A stretch of DNA of 64,000 bases from Candidatus Latescibacterota bacterium (GTDB taxonomy: Bacteria; Latescibacterota; UBA2968; GCA-2709665): NCBI GenBank assembly GCA_965219995.1, contig CBDCOX010000002.1:2848001-2912000 (forward strand), in the 5' to 3' direction. The translations under genes and the position numbers were made by a program. Below are positions 59,936-64,000 of this stretch, piece after piece (the stretch's first letter is position 1; each line of letters begins with the position of its first letter). The notes below the pieces were generated by a model that saw only the letters and a list, made by a program, of their open reading frames with translations, searched no databases and had not been told where the DNA came from.

Positions 59936-62806
59936 CTAGTTTTTCTCCAGGAGCGGTTTCAGGAACTGTCCCGTGTACGACTGCCCTGCCGCGGCCACGG
60001 TCTCGGGCGGGCCCGCCGCAATCACATCCCCTCCGTTGTGCCCGCCCTCCGGGCCGAGGTCGATCACGTGGTCGGCGGTCTTGATCACGTCCAGATGGTG
60101 CTCGATGACCACAACCGTGTGACCGGCGTCGACCAGACCGTTGAGCGCGTCGAGCAGCTTCTGGATATCGGCCAGGTGCAATCCCGTGGTTGGCTCGTCC
60201 AGGATGTAGAGATTGTGTCTGCCGCGTTTGATCTTGCCGAGTTCGCTGGCGAGTTTGACGCGCTGCGCCTCACCGCCGGAGAGGATGGTCGCCGGATGGC
60301 CGATCTTCAGGTAACCCAGACCCAGGTTGTCGAGCACGGCAAGCTTGTGGGATATGAGCCTGTTCCCGTCGAAAAACGCGACGCCTTCTTCAATGGACAT
60401 GTCGAGGACGTCGGCAATGGTCTTGTCCCGGTAGGTAACCTCCAGCGTCTCGTCGTTGTATCGTGCGCCCTTGCAGGTGGGACAGGGGACGGCAACATCG
60501 GGCATAAAGGCGAAGCTGGTCTTGATCTCGCCTTCGCCGGAACATTCTTCGCAGCGGCCGCCCTTGACATTGAAACTGAACCGGGAGGCCGTGTAACCGC
60601 GTTCGACGGCCTCCCCGGTGGATGCGAAACATTTGCGGATATTGTCGTAAAAGCCGATGTACGTCGCGGGGTTGGATCGGGGAGACCGGCCGATGGCGGA
60701 CTGATCGATGCTGACCACGTCGGCCACGTGTTCGTGGCCCGATAGGTCGTCGTGATCGCCGGAGAAGACGCGACTGTCGTGAAACAGGTTGTAGAGTTTC
60801 TTGTACAGGATTTCGTGGATGAGGGTGCTCTTGCCCGAACCGGAAGCGCCGGTAATGCAGGTAAGAATGCCGAGGGGAATCTCCACGTCGATGTTGTTGA
60901 GATTGTTCGCGCGCGCGCCTCTGATACGAATGGCCCTGGCGTTTTTCTCGCGTCGCCGGGCGGGAACGGCGATCGCTCTGGACCCGCTCAGGTATTGCGC
61001 CGTTGGCGATTCCCGGCACTTGAGCACCTCACCCACCGGCCCCGTTGCAACGACGTGCCCGCCGTGCACTCCGGGGCCGGGGCCCATTTCGATGATGTGA
61101 TCGGCGGCGCGTATGGTCTCCTCGTCGTGCTCGACGACGATGACCGTGTTGCCGATGTCGCGAAGACGCCGCATGGTGCTGATCATCTTCTCGTTGTCTT
61201 TGGGGTGCAGACCGATACTGGGCTCATCCAGAACGTACAACATTCCCATGAGCCCGGATCCGATCTGCGTTGAGAGGCGGATGCGCTGGGACTCGCCGCC
61301 GGAGAGCGTCCCGGTCGGGCGGTTGAGGTTGAGATAGTCGAGGCCGATTCCGATCAGGAGTTCGAGGCGGGACGAGATTTCGTGAATGATCTGCGAGGCG
61401 ACTTCCTTCCGTTTCGCCGGCAGGTTCAATTCCGTAAGAAAGGCCGACAGTTCCGGCAGATGCATTTCGCCCAGGCTGTGGATGTTGCGACCGTCGATGG
61501 TGACCCGCAGACGCTGTTTCTTCAACCGCTCGCCGCCGCAGTCCGGACACAGATTCTCAACCATGACTTTGCGCAGATAGTCTTCCATGCCGCCGTGGGC
61601 CGTACCCTTCTGTCTGTATCGACGGTACTGGCGCTCGATCTGATTGATGACGCCGTCGTATCGAAACTCGCGCCCGATATATTTGGCGCCGACCTTTGCG
61701 TCGGGAGGCTGTTCGATGACGACCCTTTCGCCCCGCGTGCCGTACAGCAGCAGGTCCCGGGCCTCGTCGGAAAGGTCCTTATAGGGGGTGTCGAGATCGA
61801 AGTCGTATTTCCTCGCCAGACTGTAAAGAATCCGCCCACCCCACGTATTGACATCGTACTTCAGCGCTTCCTTGACAAATGCCCCTTCGCGCAGACTGCG
61901 GTCCTTGTCCGGGGCGACCAGGTCGGGATGGGCCTTGAGATAGGTGCCCAGACCGGAACAGGTGACGCATGCGCCGGCCGGATCGTTGAACGTGAACATC
62001 CCATGATGCATGCGACCTGCGACGACGTTCGCGGATGAAGCCCCGAGCTTTCGGTGGAAGGTCTCGGCCGCCGACTTGCCGACGTCGGAGAGAACGAGGA
62101 AACTCAGGAACCCTTCGCCAATGACTTCGAGGCCGTGCGTGAGGGATGTCACGATCTGTTTGTCGAGGCCCTCGCGGACGATAAAGCGATCCACGATCAC
62201 TTCGATCCGGTAGTCTTCGTCTTCATCGAGTTCGATTTCCTCGCCCAGGTCGTGGACCGTATCGTCGATCCGCACCCTGCGGTAGCCCTTGGTGCGGACG
62301 TCGTCGAACAGGTAGGCGTAATCCTCGCCATAGATCTTGAGTACCGGTGCGCGAACTTCAACCTCCGTGCCATCGGGCAAGGTCAGCAGGTGTTCCGTCA
62401 TCTGATGCGGCGTCCAGACGCTGACTTCCTCCCCGGTGACGGGGCAGCGCGGCTGTCCGATACTTGCGAACAGCATTCGCATATAGTCATAGAGGTCCGT
62501 CATCGTCCCCACCGTCGAGCGGGGATTCTTCATCACGGTCTTCTGTTCTATGGAAACGACCGGGGAAAGGCCGTTTACGAAGTCGACGTCGGGCTTCTTC
62601 AACTGGGAGACGAATCGCCGCGCGAAGGTGGATAGCGATTCCATGAACCGCCGCTGGCCTTCGGCATATACCGTGTCGAACGCCAGGGATGACTTCCCGG
62701 AACCGCTCACGCCGGTTACAACCACCAGCTTGTCGCGCGGGATTTCGAGGTGGATGTTCCGCAAGTTGTTTTCACGCGCCCCTTTTACTTCAATCGTCGA
62801 TCTCAT
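59936..62806 (-). CDS. uvrA: Excinuclease ABC subunit A-like protein (divergent)
   Basis: Two ABC modules ([23 protein letters not shown] x2) and CxxC modules; the first Zn module is degenerate. Confidence 0.92.
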   Translation of the reverse strand: MRSTIEVKGARENNLRNIHLEIPRDKLVVVTGVSGSGKSSLAFDTVYAEGQRRFMESLSTFARRFVSQLKKPDVDFVNGLSPVVSIEQKTVMKNPRSTVGTMTDLYDYMRMLFASIGQPRCPVTGEEVSVWTPHQMTEHLLTLPDGTEVEVRAPVLKIYGEDYAYLFDDVRTKGYRRVRIDDTVHDLGEEIELDEDEDYRIEVIVDRFIVREGLDKQIVTSLTHGLEVIGEGFLSFLVLSDVGKSAAETFHRKLGASSANVVAGRMHHGMFTFNDPAGACVTCSGLGTYLKAHPDLVAPDKDRSLREGAFVKEALKYDVNTWGGRILYSLARKYDFDLDTPYKDLSDEARDLLLYGTRGERVVIEQPPDAKVGAKYIGREFRYDGVINQIERQYRRYRQKGTAHGGMEDYLRKVMVENLCPDCGGERLKKQRLRVTIDGRNIHSLGEMHLPELSAFLTELNLPAKRKEVASQIIHEISSRLELLIGIGLDYLNLNRPTGTLSGGESQRIRLSTQIGSGLMGMLYVLDEPSIGLHPKDNEKMISTMRRLRDIGNTVIVVEHDEETIRAADHIIEMGPGPGVHGGHVVATGPVGEVLKCRESPTAQYLSGSRAIAVPARRREKNARAIRIRGARANNLNNIDVEIPLGILTCITGASGSGKSTLIHEILYKKLYNLFHDSRVFSGDHDDLSGHEHVADVVSIDQSAIGRSPRSNPATYIGFYDNIRKCFASTGEAVERGYTASRFSFNVKGGRCEECSGEGEIKTSFAFMPDVAVPCPTCKGARYNDETLEVTYRDKTIADVLDMSIEEGVAFFDGNRLISHKLAVLDNLGLGYLKIGHPATILSGGEAQRVKLASELGKIKRGRHNLYILDEPTTGLHLADIQKLLDALNGLVDAGHTVVVIEHHLDVIKTADHVIDLGPEGGHNGGDVIAAGPPETVAAAGQSYTGQFLKPLLEKN

Positions 62807-62885
62807 CTATAATCCCGTCAGGAAAGCGAGGGAGCGAGGGAGCGAGGAAACGAGGGAACGAATATACACCACTCGCCTTCTCGCC

Positions 62886-63824
62886 CTAAATAAGCTCGAC
62901 GCTGTCTCCGTCATAATAGTACGCGGGTTCTTCAACTTCGATCCGGCTCTTCTCGGTCAGGTGGATGGGACTCGACAGCTTCTGAATGATCTCCTGCGTG
63001 ACGAGCCATTCACAGGCCGCTTCGAGGCCGCCGCCCTGGATTTTCTTTTCGAAATAATCGCTGATTTCAGAGAGTTTGCGTACTTCAGACGACTCCGAGA
63101 GATAGTCCAGAAGCGGGCGAAAGAGGTCCGGAGCCCATTGTTCGAGGCTGCGGTTCACCAGATCAAGAACGCGCTTGACGGATTCCTGAGTTTTGGGCTG
63201 ATTCACGAAATCCGTGTAGATGGCGTTGAATAACCGGGGGTTGTATTTGAGCGCCTGATGGACCACTTCCCGCCCGGGCGCTTCGTTGTGCAGGAGAACC
63301 TGGATCGAGGCAAGTTCCCGGACGACCTGCATGAGCCACCAGAAGCTGTATTCGAAGTCCTTTTTCAGGTGGAAGTACTTTTCCGCCTTGTAGAGCGACG
63401 GTATCAGAAAGGCTGAGTATCTCAGTAGCTGAAAGGCCCGGTCCCGCGTTCCGATGCGATCGATATACTCGTACCATTTCGCCACGGAATCGTCTTTGGT
63501 GAAAAGAAGCGTGCTTTTCGAAAACGTAAAGTCCAGCCATCCACCGGCGAGGTCGCCTTCGATCCGACGTTTGAAGACGCTGCGCGGAATGCGTTGCGCA
63601 TGGATGTTGACGTCGTCTTCACAGAGTGTTACATGTCCTTCTTTCACCCCATCCAGCATGACGATCCACAGGTCGATATCCGAGTTTTCCCAGACTTCGT
63701 CGTAGGACAGACTGCCGAAGAGAATCGCAGCGAGTACCGTCCGGTCGTTTTCGAGTTTTCCGACCAGAGATGACAGCGCGCCCCGGTACCGTTTTCGGAT
63801 TTCATCCGGCGTGGCAGGAGACAT
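62886..63824 (-). CDS. Pol-beta-type nucleotidyltransferase with helical and probable wHTH C-terminal domains
   Basis: FGSL...SDIDL (GS + DxD) motif; YgxA-like layout inferred. Confidence 0.78.
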   Translation of the reverse strand: MSPATPDEIRKRYRGALSSLVGKLENDRTVLAAILFGSLSYDEVWENSDIDLWIVMLDGVKEGHVTLCEDDVNIHAQRIPRSVFKRRIEGDLAGGWLDFTFSKSTLLFTKDDSVAKWYEYIDRIGTRDRAFQLLRYSAFLIPSLYKAEKYFHLKKDFEYSFWWLMQVVRELASIQVLLHNEAPGREVVHQALKYNPRLFNAIYTDFVNQPKTQESVKRVLDLVNRSLEQWAPDLFRPLLDYLSESSEVRKLSEISDYFEKKIQGGGLEAACEWLVTQEIIQKLSSPIHLTEKSRIEVEEPAYYYDGDSVELI

Positions 63825-64000
63825 CGATAACTCCACCTTCATTATATTTAATGAACGCGAGGGAGCACATGATATACGCAGGTACGAATCAGGTGTCAAG
63901 GTCAATTCCGTGAAAAGGAACGCATCCGTCCCGGCAGGGAAAAATCAACTGAAGACGACGTTGAATACCGCAAACCGGAATATCACACGTCTGTAACGCA

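Overview
GC-rich bacterial chromosome window with no rRNA, tRNA or CRISPR array that I can detect. The taxon is inferred only: GWxTD, dockerin/EF-hand-tagged, WD40, ankyrin and MORN proteins fit a Latescibacterota/Gemmatimonadota-like, possibly sponge-associated, lineage. 0-11 kb: dcw cluster (murE-murF-ftsW-murG-murC-murB-ftsQ-ftsA-ftsZ) lacking mraY, murD and ddl. 11-31 kb: metabolic genes (Gfo/Idh/MocA oxidoreductases, opine dehydrogenase, moaB, purple acid phosphatase, HDAC, pheA, aminotransferases, GWxTD protein, hydrolases, orphan E1 alpha/beta). 31-53 kb: accessory zone where secreted repeat proteins, a PIN/Phd TA pair, phytase, NhaC, HelD-like helicase, an Asp-box protein and Uma2 are separated by mosaic arrays of several REP-like palindrome families. 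This zone also holds two copies of a TTAA-flanked IS1380-like MITE, IS relics and gene fragments. 53-64 kb: minus-strand run of nucleotidyltransferase, divergent UvrA, GNAT, VOC and two in-frame MacB-like permeases. Best leads: the ordered composite repeat arrays, the NTase-UvrA-GNAT-VOC-permease run, an apparent ATT start or readthrough joining two permeases, a G10 frameshift in the MORN gene, and a complete sigma54 promoter architecture upstream of a zincin-WD40-LRR-dockerin protein.
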